A stretch of DNA of 64,000 bases, taken from an uncultured bacterium (lineage in GTDB: Bacteria > Oederibacteriota > PGYV01 > CAWJRG01). The position numbers were made by a program, and so were the translations under genes. Below the pieces are notes generated by a model. That model searched no databases. It was not told the origin of the DNA and saw nothing but the letters and a program-made list of their open reading frames with translations. The stretch spans positions 480,001 through 544,000 of the forward strand of contig CAWJRG010000009.1 in assembly GCA_963845185.1 (NCBI GenBank), written 5' to 3'. Shown here one piece after another: positions 29,737 through 41,096 of this stretch (its first letter is position 1; every line of letters starts with the position of its first letter).

Positions 29737-30759
29737 ATGAAAATTTTTTTAATCCTCATTACAATTTTTATCTTATATTTTTGTTTAGTATTTAATTCCT
29801 GTAAATTCCATCAGATTGGACCACCTTACTTACCTCCTTCTCCTACACCCATTTCCGGCAATAATTGGACATCAATACTATATGGGGCAAGTTTCACACC
29901 AAGAGCCAAACATGCGAGCGCTGTATATAACAATACAGTTTGGGTAATAGGTGGGACGCCGAATGGCAGTACTGGTTTAAATGACGTATGGTATTCAACG
30001 GGCGGTTATTACTGGCTAACGGCAACAGCAAGCGCGGGTTTCAGCGCGAGATGGGGGCATACAAGCGTTGTTTTCAATAATAAAATATGGGTAATAGGCG
30101 GGACATCGAACGGCAGTACTGGTTTAAATGATGTCTGGTATTCGACAGACGGCGTAAATTGGCTCGCTGCAACAGCAAACGCGGGTTTCAGCGCAAGATG
30201 GGAGCATACGAGTGTGGTATATAACAATGAAATGTGGGTAATAGGCGGGACATCAAATGGCAGCACGGGTTTAAATGATGTATGGTATTCTACAAACGGC
30301 ACGAATTGGACAGCGGCAACAGCATCGGCAGTTTTTAACGCAAGATGGGGCCATACAAGTGCTGTATACAACAATAAAATATGGGTAATAGGCGGAACAA
30401 TGGACGGCAGTACTGGTTTAAATGATGTCTGGTATTCGACAGACGGCGCAAACTGGCTAACAGCAACAGCAGGCGCGGGTTTCAGCACAAGATGGGAGCA
30501 TACGAGTGTAGCATATAACAATGAGATGTGGGTAATAGCCGGGCATAACGGCGGCAATTATTATAATGATGTCTGGAAATCAAGCGATGGAAGCGCATGG
30601 ACGCAAGTGACAGGAAACGCGGGTTTCAGCGCAAGAGCAGGTCATAATCTGGTGTATGCAAATTATTTTCTTGCCGGTGAATTTAATGTTAATAAAATGT
30701 GGGTTATGGGCGGGTATAATGGAAGTAATTATTATAATGACGTGTGGGCTTCACAATAA
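29737..30759 (+). CDS. Kelch-repeat beta-propeller putative lipoprotein
   Basis: About six ~50-aa repeats FSARWGHTSVV.NN.IWVIGG...LNDVWYS.DG.NW; FNSC after a hydrophobic N-terminus; RBS AAGGAGG. Confidence 0.8.
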   Translation: MKIFLILITIFILYFCLVFNSCKFHQIGPPYLPPSPTPISGNNWTSILYGASFTPRAKHASAVYNNTVWVIGGTPNGSTGLNDVWYSTGGYYWLTATASAGFSARWGHTSVVFNNKIWVIGGTSNGSTGLNDVWYSTDGVNWLAATANAGFSARWEHTSVVYNNEMWVIGGTSNGSTGLNDVWYSTNGTNWTAATASAVFNARWGHTSAVYNNKIWVIGGTMDGSTGLNDVWYSTDGANWLTATAGAGFSTRWEHTSVAYNNEMWVIAGHNGGNYYNDVWKSSDGSAWTQVTGNAGFSARAGHNLVYANYFLAGEFNVNKMWVMGGYNGSNYYNDVWASQ

Positions 30760-30805
30760 TTTCTTACAATTACAATTATAATAAAATTTAATTTACCAAC
30801 GAGAT

Positions 30806-30907
30806 TCCACGGGTGTAAACCCGTGGAGGAAGTAGACCAACTGTCAGTTGTTGACAGCGGGCAAGCTACGCTTGAATTAGGATAATACCACGGGCGTAAG
30901 CCCGTAG
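30806..30907. repeat. Pair of palindromes resembling IS200/IS605-family end hairpins (possible non-autonomous relic)
   Basis: TCCACGGGTGTAAACCCGTGGA and CCACGGGCGTAAGCCCGTAG with a CTGTCA/TGACAG hairpin between. Confidence 0.45.
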
Positions 30908-30933
30908 AAGTTTATTTACCCTGAGAGGGCAAG

Positions 30934-33138
30934 ATGATTAAAAAATTTTTATTTATTTTTGCTGTTTTTAATTTGTTTGTCGTTTTCATGCCTGCGCGAC
31001 TCTCGGCTGAAATATCAGTTTTTGACGATAAAGATACCGGCAAAAAATATTTATGCCATAAAGACGAGAAATCACATATTCTCCATCGATACGAATACAA
31101 CAAAAATTTGATAAATGTGCGGTTTAAAGACAATGTAAGCGCGGAAGAAAAAACAGCCTTGTTTAATAAGCTTGAAATCAAATATTATTATCTTGACGGC
31201 CCGGCCGGCCTCGCCAATGCCGTGCTGGCAAACAGCGATGGACGCGAGATTGATTATGATAAAATTGTCCAAAAACTGGAAAAAGCGGAAATTGTAAGTA
31301 ATATTATACCTGTTTTTATTCTTCCCAACGGGAAAAACTGTTTTATAACGGATCTTTTAATTGCGCGGTTTAAGCATGGCGCTGGCGAAAATGAAATTAA
31401 TTTATTAAGCGCAAAATACGGAGTAAAAGAAATAAACAAACTGGAAGATACCGTGAGGGTTTATCAATTAAAGGATCATTCGAATTCAAATACGGTCGAA
31501 ATAGCCGATGAATTAATAAGAAAGCATAATGATGTTGTTGATTGTGTTATGCCGGATTTTATATCGGATAAAATAACTTTTACTGAAGAGCCGGATGACC
31601 AATATTTTCACCCGGTTAAAAACGAAGATGTGAACACATGGACCGGGAATCAATGGGCATTATTTAGAATCTGCGCCGAATCAGGCTGGAGTTTTGTATA
31701 TCCTAATAACTCTATTTCCGCTTTCCTTTTTACCGCGGCAGTTATTGATACCGGCGTTGATATCGGACATCCTGATTTAAATGCTTTTGGCGACCCGGCT
31801 ATTTTTGACACGATAAATGGGCAAGATGTCAGAAATCACGGCACTGGAGTGGCAGGTATTATTGGAGCAATGACTAATAATCATGCAGGCGTTGCCGGCG
31901 AATCATGGGACACACCGATTTGGTCAATTAGAGATACTGATTGGATGATTGCCGGATTTAAAACTACCTGCCAGTGGTGGCCCCCGGGATGTTACGTAGT
32001 TCCAATATTTCACCCTGAATTTGATGAAGTAAAGATACTAAGTTATTTTTATATTGCCTCTATCGCTGGCGCGAGAGTAATAAATTGCAGCTGGGTTAGC
32101 TCAGGTAATATAGATCAAATATTATGGTTTCAATTTGATGAAACACCTTTTTGGCAATCTGCCATTAGTTTTGCCACGTCGCTTAAATGTGTAGTAGTAG
32201 CTTCTGCCGGAAATGACGGAATCTCGCATCCTGACGATCCGTGGTATAGTGTAGGAAAAATTCCAGGATTTATTATTGCGGGAGCGACAGATAGATATGA
32301 TCAAAGGGTAATTTGGAATTCACAGGAATCCAGTTGTTATGGTGCGGATGTGGTCGCGCCGGGAGAAACGAGTATTATTACTACCGCATTCAGAGGCAGG
32401 GGCAATTATCCGGGCGACAGCAATTATACAAATAGTTTTGGGGGCACATCCGCGGCAGCGCCTTTTGTGTCAGGATTGGTTTTTCTTTTAGCCACGCAAA
32501 ATCCAAACCTTTCTCCAGCCGATATTACAGGTATAATAGAGTCCTCCGCCGATGATATCGGGCCGCCTGGTTTTGACAGCACCTATGGCCACGGCAGGAT
32601 AAATGTCTGCAATGCGCTCGCAGGATTGCCCGGCGTAAGAGTATCACACAGAAAAATGGTAATTACAAACGTTAATGCCACAAATAAAATACAAATCAGC
32701 GATTTATCGGGTAATTTAAAATACAGTTATACGGCATCACAAAATGATATTGACCAGGGAATTTTTTTATGGAATGGACTGGATAATGGCAACAATATCT
32801 GCGGCACAGGCAACTATTCTGTAACGGTAAACGGCGTACCGCAATTTGTAGGGGTGGACGGTTTTACGGAACCGCCATCATTATATACGGATTACAGTAA
32901 ACCAGTAATTTCGAACATAAATGTCCAGCCCGGTAATATAACTTTTGAAATTGATGATGGCGCCGAATACGTAAATGATCCTACACTCGATGGAGGGGCG
33001 TATGTTGAAGCGATTTATTACAACAGCGCGGGCGCCAAATTAAAAATAAGCACGAGACAATTTTATCGAAATAGCGATATGAGCCCTGGCCCCTGTGGTA
33101 ATCCGATAAAAAATTATAAAGAAGATTGCCATTGTTAA
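30934..33138 (+). CDS. Secreted S8 (subtilisin-like) serine peptidase, possibly 3'-truncated
   Basis: Catalytic triad motifs VIDTGVD, HGTGVAG, GGTSAAAPFVSG; ASAGN; FlgD-Ig-like WNGLDNGN...G.Y. Confidence 0.85.
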   Translation: MIKKFLFIFAVFNLFVVFMPARLSAEISVFDDKDTGKKYLCHKDEKSHILHRYEYNKNLINVRFKDNVSAEEKTALFNKLEIKYYYLDGPAGLANAVLANSDGREIDYDKIVQKLEKAEIVSNIIPVFILPNGKNCFITDLLIARFKHGAGENEINLLSAKYGVKEINKLEDTVRVYQLKDHSNSNTVEIADELIRKHNDVVDCVMPDFISDKITFTEEPDDQYFHPVKNEDVNTWTGNQWALFRICAESGWSFVYPNNSISAFLFTAAVIDTGVDIGHPDLNAFGDPAIFDTINGQDVRNHGTGVAGIIGAMTNNHAGVAGESWDTPIWSIRDTDWMIAGFKTTCQWWPPGCYVVPIFHPEFDEVKILSYFYIASIAGARVINCSWVSSGNIDQILWFQFDETPFWQSAISFATSLKCVVVASAGNDGISHPDDPWYSVGKIPGFIIAGATDRYDQRVIWNSQESSCYGADVVAPGETSIITTAFRGRGNYPGDSNYTNSFGGTSAAAPFVSGLVFLLATQNPNLSPADITGIIESSADDIGPPGFDSTYGHGRINVCNALAGLPGVRVSHRKMVITNVNATNKIQISDLSGNLKYSYTASQNDIDQGIFLWNGLDNGNNICGTGNYSVTVNGVPQFVGVDGFTEPPSLYTDYSKPVISNINVQPGNITFEIDDGAEYVNDPTLDGGAYVEAIYYNSAGAKLKISTRQFYRNSDMSPGPCGNPIKNYKEDCHC

Positions 33139-33217
33139 ATGATTGCAGCTGCAAGACAGACTCTCTTGTCGGCGGGGAGCGGTAACTATTGTTCAAATTA
33201 TGCGCTGATGGTAAACT

Positions 33218-33676
33218 GTGAAAATACTGGTTTACGGATACGGAAACCCAGGCCGGCAGGACGACGGCTTGGGTATTTTATTTTCAGAAGCTGTTGAAAA
33301 ATGGGCAACAAAAGCGGGAATAGCCGGGATTACCTGCGATTCAAATTACCAGTTAAACGCCGAAGACGCGCAGGCAATGTCTGAAAACGACATCGTGATT
33401 TTCGCTGACGCAACAAAAAATAAAATCAGGGATATAAAATTTAAACAAATAAAGCCGGGAAAAACAATCTCATTCTCTACACACTCAATGAGCCCTGAAT
33501 CAGTGCTCGCGCTGTGCAGCGAGCTTTATGGAAAAAAGCCAAAAACATATATTATGACCATGAAAGGATATAAATGGGCTGTAAATGGGGAAGTTACTAA
33601 AAAGGCCGGCAAAAACCTGGATAAAGCTCTTAAATATACAAAAAATTTTATATTAAAAAAATATTATGCAGATTAG
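33218..33676 (+). CDS. hoxW: Hydrogenase maturation protease
   Basis: LVYGYGNPGRQDDGLG, VIFADA, FSTHSMSP; GTG start. Confidence 0.85.
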   Translation: MKILVYGYGNPGRQDDGLGILFSEAVEKWATKAGIAGITCDSNYQLNAEDAQAMSENDIVIFADATKNKIRDIKFKQIKPGKTISFSTHSMSPESVLALCSELYGKKPKTYIMTMKGYKWAVNGEVTKKAGKNLDKALKYTKNFILKKYYAD

Positions 33677-33852
33677 AGCCTTTATGCACATATACCAACC
33701 TTGTTTATATATTTTGCCTGCAATTATGTCAGGTAAATTGTAGATTTCGACATTTAGTTGACTTTATTAAATATATATGGTATTTATTATACATATAATG
33801 ATTTAATGAGAATCAAATATAAAGAGGGAGCAGATAAAATAAGGAGAAGAAC

Positions 33853-36800
33853 ATGAAAAAAATTTCAAGAGGGGTTTTTGTTTCATTATTTTTCAAAACT
33901 GCAATATATTCTATAATATCAATATTTTTTCTTTCCCTAAGCAGCTCGATATACGCAAATTATTCCTCAATCACCGGAGTTACTATCAACCCGCCGAACC
34001 CAGCGCTGGGGCAGCCGTTTAATCTCAGTATTCAGATGTGCCTTGACGAATATAACACTCCGAATGAACTTGTTGTGGCCGCAAGCACAAGCAGTGCTTT
34101 CCAGAATCCCGGCATAAACGGGCAGGTATTTTTATTGAGCAGTTTGGGTGTTGACGTCCACAGTTCAAACCCGAACAACGCAAGCAATGGATATGTTGAT
34201 TTCGGCTGCCATCTCACCCAGCCGACGCCGTTTGTCACGAACTGCACGGATTGCGCTGGATCATACGCCATGTCTGTCACCGAATCATATAACCTTACCA
34301 TGCCCAGTGCTGCTGAGCTCGGAAGCCAGTGCGGCGGCGCATCGACCATATATCTGCAGATCGGATCATATAGTTTTTATTTTTACAACACCACCTGGAC
34401 GTCACTTTACAACGGTGCCTGCGGCGCGTATGAAACAAGCTGGGCGTTGCCTGCGCCGCCTGCAAATTCAATAACATTAAGCCAGAGGGCGGAAGGCGAA
34501 CTGCAGTCTGTCGGAGACCTGGTCTTATATTCCATCGATTATTCTTACGGCAACGGGCCGTTGACGATCACGGACAGCCTGCCGGGAAGCGGCAACCTGT
34601 CGCTTGCGACCTACGGGCCTTTGTCTATTACAGGCGGCACGATCACGGCACCGGCCTTAGGCTCGACATCCGGCACGATCACATGGAATTTCCCGAATTC
34701 GACAACCACGAAGCAGGGAACAGTCTGGCTGCTGATGAAAATGACCACTGCAATATCCGCAGGCACCCAGGTGCAGAATACCGCAAGCGCGGCAAGCGGC
34801 TCAAACAATATGAATTCATCGGCAATTGTCACTGCCGGACAGCCTGCCGTATCGGTGCAGAAATTTGAAAGCGCAAGCGCCTTGACGGCCATGGCCGGGA
34901 ACTCAGCGACGATAACATATTACCTTAATTACGAGGTAAACGGCGACCAGATGAAAGCTTTCAGGGCTTTTGACGATACTGCACTCGGCGCGTACACTTC
35001 ATTGCCGCCTTCGGGCTGGAAATTCATCCCGTCAGGCGCTGATAACGGTACGTGGACAATATCCGATTTCTGCGGTACAGGGGACAGGGTGCTTTGGGGC
35101 GCAGCGCAGACAAATTCTTACCCGGCCCTTTTGCTTGACGACCCGGCGCCTTCAAACGTACAGATATGCACAGGATTAGTTGAGGCCGATGTCCTTATTA
35201 ACCCGGGCTCAGACCCCGGGGCGGACGGGCTTGTGATATTGAGGAGCAACGGTTTGACAGGCAATTTAAATTATTCTTATTCATTGCTTTTATCACTGGA
35301 TACGGCGCCTGCAAACGGATATATATCGATACAAAAATGCTCGGCAGGGACATGCTCGTGGTACGCACCTGAGACTACATTTCCCATCACGGGGAATACC
35401 TGGTACAGGACAAAGACAAATATGACTGTAAGCGGGAATGATTATGTATTCCAGTATAAAATATGGCAGGTTGGCCAGCCTGAACCGTCCGGATACCTTG
35501 GAATATGGACAGACTCGGGCGCAGCGGCTAACGCGAGCTTTAATTGCTCGGGAACAGGGACATACCTGGACTGGAGGCCCGGGGTGGGCGAGCAGTCCGG
35601 TGTTTACGGGAACGAAAATGACGAATATAATAACTTTATTGCTTACGCTCCCAGGACGGCTGCAAACGCGGCATTATTCGACACGGTACCTGCAGGATTA
35701 ACGTATATTTCATCAAGCCCAATCGGCACAAATTCAGCCGGCTTTTTAACATGGAACCTCGGCAATATAAGCTACCAGAGCGGAACATACACCTGGTGGG
35801 CGTCCACGAACGCCTGCGGCCAGAGCTTTACAAACGTTGCAGGTATAGGCGGCACGGGCATGGCGCCGCAATTTTCAAACCCTGTTGTGTCCGGCCTGAA
35901 CTGCATATCGCCCACAATCACATTAACTACGCCGCCATCCAGCACGCCTTCAGTTACATATACGATTTCGCCAACAACCACAAACATACTGACAAAGACA
36001 GCAACAATGACATATACACCGGTTAATACAGCTGTGAATACAGCTACAATTACAGTAACATTTACAACAACACCAACGGCAGCTTCGCCAACATTCACAA
36101 ATATACCGACAAAAACAGTAACAATGACCGCGATTAATACGGCAGTTGTTACTGCGACAGTGACATCAACGCAGATACCGCCCGGCTCGACGATGACAAG
36201 CACGCCGACAGTATCGCCGACAATAGCTATAAACCTGTCTGCAAGTTTAACGGTATCACCGGCAAGCGCGGCAGCAGGACAGGGCATAACAGTGATAATG
36301 CAGGTAGTCAATACAGGGACTAACACCGCAAACAATGTGCAACCGTCTTCTTTAATACAGACAGGAGGAGGGGTTGCTGCTTTTTTAAGCGGGCCAAGCC
36401 CTGCAAGCGCAACAATAGCCGGAGGATTTTCGGCATCATTCACATGGGTATATAACGTAACCATTTGCGGCAATATTACATTCAGCTGCACGGCAAGCGG
36501 TACCGATGCCGTAGACGGGGTAAGCACGACAAGCATGTCGGCGTCGAGCAATACATTCACGTGCGCGACAGCGACAGCGACATATACACAGGTACCGCCG
36601 GGCTCGACACTGACAGCAACAAGAACTGTGACACCGATAGACTCGCTGACATCAATTGTAACCGCATCATTCACGCCTACAATACCGCTATGCCTGGTTG
36701 ATACACTTTCAAATTGCAACAGCACCAATGTGTGGGGCGGTCAGTGGTATACATATAACGACAGCAGCTACGGCGGGACATCGGTTGTGTGGCCGGGAGC

Positions 36801-39800
36801 AGGAAGTACATTTATAATGAGTTCGCCCGGTTTTGACGGCGGGTCGGACTGCGCGGCGCAGATGACAGGTGTTGTAACGACAGCCTACCCCGGCGGGTTT
36901 ATTGGCATGGATTCCCAGTTAAACGCAAACGCGGGATCTCCTACATACCAGGAGACGAATATCAGCGGTGCTACAGGAGTAATGTTCTGGTGCAAAGGGG
37001 ACGGGAAAAACTATACCATAAAGATACCTTATACAAGCAATACCGGAAGCTCATTGACCGGTAATGATGATTATTCATATAGTTTTTATGTATTCGCGTC
37101 TTCCTGGACGCAGATAGGCATACCTTTCTCGGGAGGGTACTTCAAACAGGCGGGAACGGGCACAGCAGTGCCGTTTGCGACGGTATTACAGCATGCGAAA
37201 GACATACAATTCCAGACCAGCGGCCAGCCGCAATCCAGCGTGGACCTGTGGATAGACGACCTGCAGCTGTACGGCGGGTGCTCGATGCCCACATCGACAA
37301 GCACGCCGACGCCGACACGAACCACGATATTGACCAGGACCGTATCGCCTACGCCCACAGTAACATATACGTATATTCCAATATTTTCACCGACGCCGAC
37401 AATTACGCCAACATTTACATGCACCGCTACACCGGCAAGCCTGTGCTCGGTGGACACTATGGCAAGCTGCAGTAACGTCAATGTTTGGGGTGGGGCATGG
37501 TTCACCTATAACGATGCAAACGACGGAGGCACTTCGGTTGTATGGCCGGCTCAGGGACAGACTTTTATAATGAGCTCTCCGGGGTACAGCGGCGGAGCTG
37601 ACTGCGCCGCGCAGATGACGGGCGTGGTTACCATAGCTTACCAGTATGGTTTTATAGGCATGGGCACCTTATTAAATCCGAATGCAGGCGCGCCGAATTA
37701 CCAGTCCACTGACTTAAGCGGAGCATTGGGAGTCAGTTTTTATACCAGAGGCGATGGGAACGTCTATACGATAATAATTACGTACCTTAACAGCAGCGGC
37801 AACACAATGACCAACTGGGACGATTATGCATACACTTTTGTCGCGTTCTCAGGATGGTCGCAGTACACTATACCTTTCACCGCGTTTACGCAACCGTATT
37901 ACACTCCATCACAATACCAGGTACCGCTGGTTACAGTATTGCAAAACGCCAAACAATTCCAGTTCGCGACAACAACCCAGCCTCTTGCCGGCGTCGACCT
38001 TTGGATAGACAACCTTTCGGTATACGGGTGCATAATACCTGCGTTTACTCCTACGATAACAACAACATTAACTTCAGTCCCGTCGGGTTCAACCATGACA
38101 AATACGCCGACTATTACTTTGACTTCGACGATTACACCGACTTACACTATGACCCCAACTGTCAACCCGAATACAGTATGCTATAGCCTGCAGTGGGGCA
38201 CCCCGGGGACAGGCATCGGCCAGTTTGATTACCCTTACGGTGTAGCTGTGGACGCGAGCGGTTATGTATATGTCGCCGACCTCTACAATAACAGGGTGGA
38301 AAAATTCACACCTGCAGGCGCCTATGTCACCCAATGGGGAAGCAGCGGCAGCGGAAACGGGCAGTTCTCATACCCTGTGTCCATAGCAATTGACGCCGGC
38401 GGTTATGTTTATGTGACCGACTGGAACAACAGCAGGGTGGAAAAATTCACGTCAACAGGGACGTATGTAACCCAATGGGGGAGTTACGGCACAGGGGCAG
38501 GGCAGTTTGAATACCCATACGGTATTGCCGTGGACAGCAGCGGTTACTTATATGTTACTGATGCGGAAAACAGCAGGGTGGAAAAATTTACATCAACAGG
38601 AGCATATGTGACACAATGGGGAACTAATGGGTCCGGCAACAGCCAGTTTAATTATCCGGCGGGAATAGCCGTTGACAGCAGCGGCTATGTTTATGTGGCG
38701 GATTCTTATAATTACAGGATACAAAAATTCACTTCAACAGGGACTTATGTCACCCAGTGGGGAAGCAACGGCAGCGGCAACAGCCAGTTTGATTATCCTT
38801 TCGGTATTACAATAGGCGGGAACGGTTTTGTATATGTGGCCGATACCTATAACAACAGGGTGCAGGCATTCACGTCAACAGGCACATACATAACGCAGTG
38901 GGGCAGCTATGGCACGGGAAACGGGCAGTTTAACGGGCCTGTGGGTATTGTGACAGACAGCACAGGAGCAATATACGTATCGGATTATAACAATAACAGG
39001 GTACAAAAATTTATTGCCTGCGTGCAACTGACAGCAACGCCGACCAATACGGGCCTGATAGCCTCGGCTACGTATACGCCTACGTACACGGTTACGGCCA
39101 CGTCAACCAGGACAAGCACCCAGGTCCCTTCAGGCTCGACCATGACAAGCACTCCGACAATGACCCCGACAATAGGCATAAATCTGGTAGCGGGCCTTAT
39201 TGTATCGCCAAACGTTGTGGCAATAGGCCAGGATGTCACGGTATTAATGGAAGTAGTTAATGTTGGCACTGATACCGCAAACAGCGTAAAAGCGTCACCG
39301 CTTTTCCAGACAGGAGGAGGAGCTGCGGTGCTTGTAAGCTCCCCGAATCCGTCCAGCACGAATATAGGGCCGGGTTCCTATACAATATTCACGTGGGTTT
39401 ACAGCATGGCAATATGCGGAGATATAGTATTCAACGGGACAGCGAGCGGGACCGACGCTGCAGACGGCGTGAGCATGACAAGCCCACAATGTTCGAGCAA
39501 TACTCTTTCATGTTCTTCCGGAGCCCCGACTGCCACAAGTACAATGTATGTAGCGCCGGGTTCGACATATACAATTACGCCTACGCTCACGCCGACATTC
39601 ACGATGATACCGTCAGGCTCCACTTTAACAGTTACACCGGTGGTGACACCCACAATAGGCATTAACCTTGTTGCAGGACTGACTGTTTCGCCTGCCAGCG
39701 CGGGGGTGGACCAGGATATTACAGTAATAATGCAGGTGGTGAATATAGGGACAAACACCGCGGATAATGTCGTGCCGTCATCGCTTATGCAGGCTGGAGG

Positions 39801-40882
39801 CGGGGCAGCTGTACCGGTGAATCCTGTAAGCCCGTCGAGCGCATCGATAGGCTCATATGCACAGGCGTCATTTACATGGGTATATAAGGTTGTAATATGC
39901 AACAACCTTACATTCAGCGGAACGGTAAGCGGCACGGACGCCGTTGACAGTGTCAGCATGACGAGCTCGCAGTGCGAAAGCAATATGATGACGTGCGCCA
40001 CGGCAACGCCTACAACATCAAATACTATGACGGCGACGCCTACAATAACATTGACAAATACACCGACGATCACGCCTACAATAGCGATAAACCTCATTGC
40101 AAGCATGTCTTTGTCTCCGTCAAGCGCGGCTGGCGGGCAGCAGATTACCGTAGTGATGCAGGTGGCAAATACCGGCATGAACACTGCAAATAACGTCCTG
40201 CCCGTCGGTCCTGTCACAGTCTGGAGGCGGCGCGGCCCTGCTGAGCGGGAATGCGCCTTCGGCAATAAACATAGCAGGCAATACATTGGCATCGTTTACA
40301 TGGGTATATAATGTGGCGATTTGCGGAAACATAACATTCAGCGGAACAGTAAGCGGCGCAGACGCCGTGGATGGTGTCAGCATGACGAGCAGCCAGGTTA
40401 GCACAAACTTGTTCACGTGCGCAACAGTAACAATGACCGTAACACCTACATGGACATTGACTGCCACTCCGACATTGACCGCGACACAGACGGTTTTTCT
40501 GAGCACAACAAGCACCCAGACAATGACAACGACCTGCACTCCTACGCCTTTGCCTGGAAAGCTGGCAATAGGCCCGGTGAAACCATACCCGAACCCGTAT
40601 AACCCGGGGACAGGGCTGCCTTTGAAGATAGCTGTCAATGTAACCACAGGAGATATAGATAATATGACGCTGAAAATATATACCGCGTCATACAGGCTGG
40701 TAAAGGAGCAGGTTTTCCGGGGCGCGGATATACAGGAAGTATCGGACGGGCTTGTTGTCCTGCAGTATGACAGCACAAACCTGGCCGTGTTAAGTTCAGG
40801 GACATATTATTACATTGTGATGGCTGAAAAAGGCGGAACAAAAGTAAAGTCCAAGTCAGACGCAATTATCATATTGAAATAG
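33853..40882 (+). CDS. Large secreted multidomain protein (Cys-rich N-domain, DUF11-like, four Ig-like repeats, two CBM11/CIA30-like domains, NHL propeller, sorting-like CTD), split by a +1 frameshift at ~40202
   Basis: ORFs 33853..40311 and 40286..40882 join into an intact fourth Ig-like repeat if one C of CCC at 40201-40203 is removed; NHL repeats GQF.YP.GIAVD.SG.VYV.D..N.RV.KF at ~38190-39010. Confidence 0.75.
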
Positions 40883-40898
40883 TATTTTAAGAAACCTC

Positions 40899-40933
40899 AA
40901 AAGGAGCGGGCAGGGATACCGCTCCTTTTTTTT
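40899..40933 (+). terminator. Rho-independent terminator
   Basis: AAAAGGAGCGG / CCGCTCCTTTT stem followed by a T run. Confidence 0.8.
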
Positions 40934-41096
40934 GTACAGGGATGCGCAAACTAATCAATTTGATTTTTGTTAATAAATCGTATATAATTATATAACAAGG
41001 GTAAAGGAGATGTACTTTGAAGGTAAATTTGCGCAGGCCAATATCTATAATAACAAACAAAATAATTCTTATTTGTTTTTATAATGGTGTTATTTT

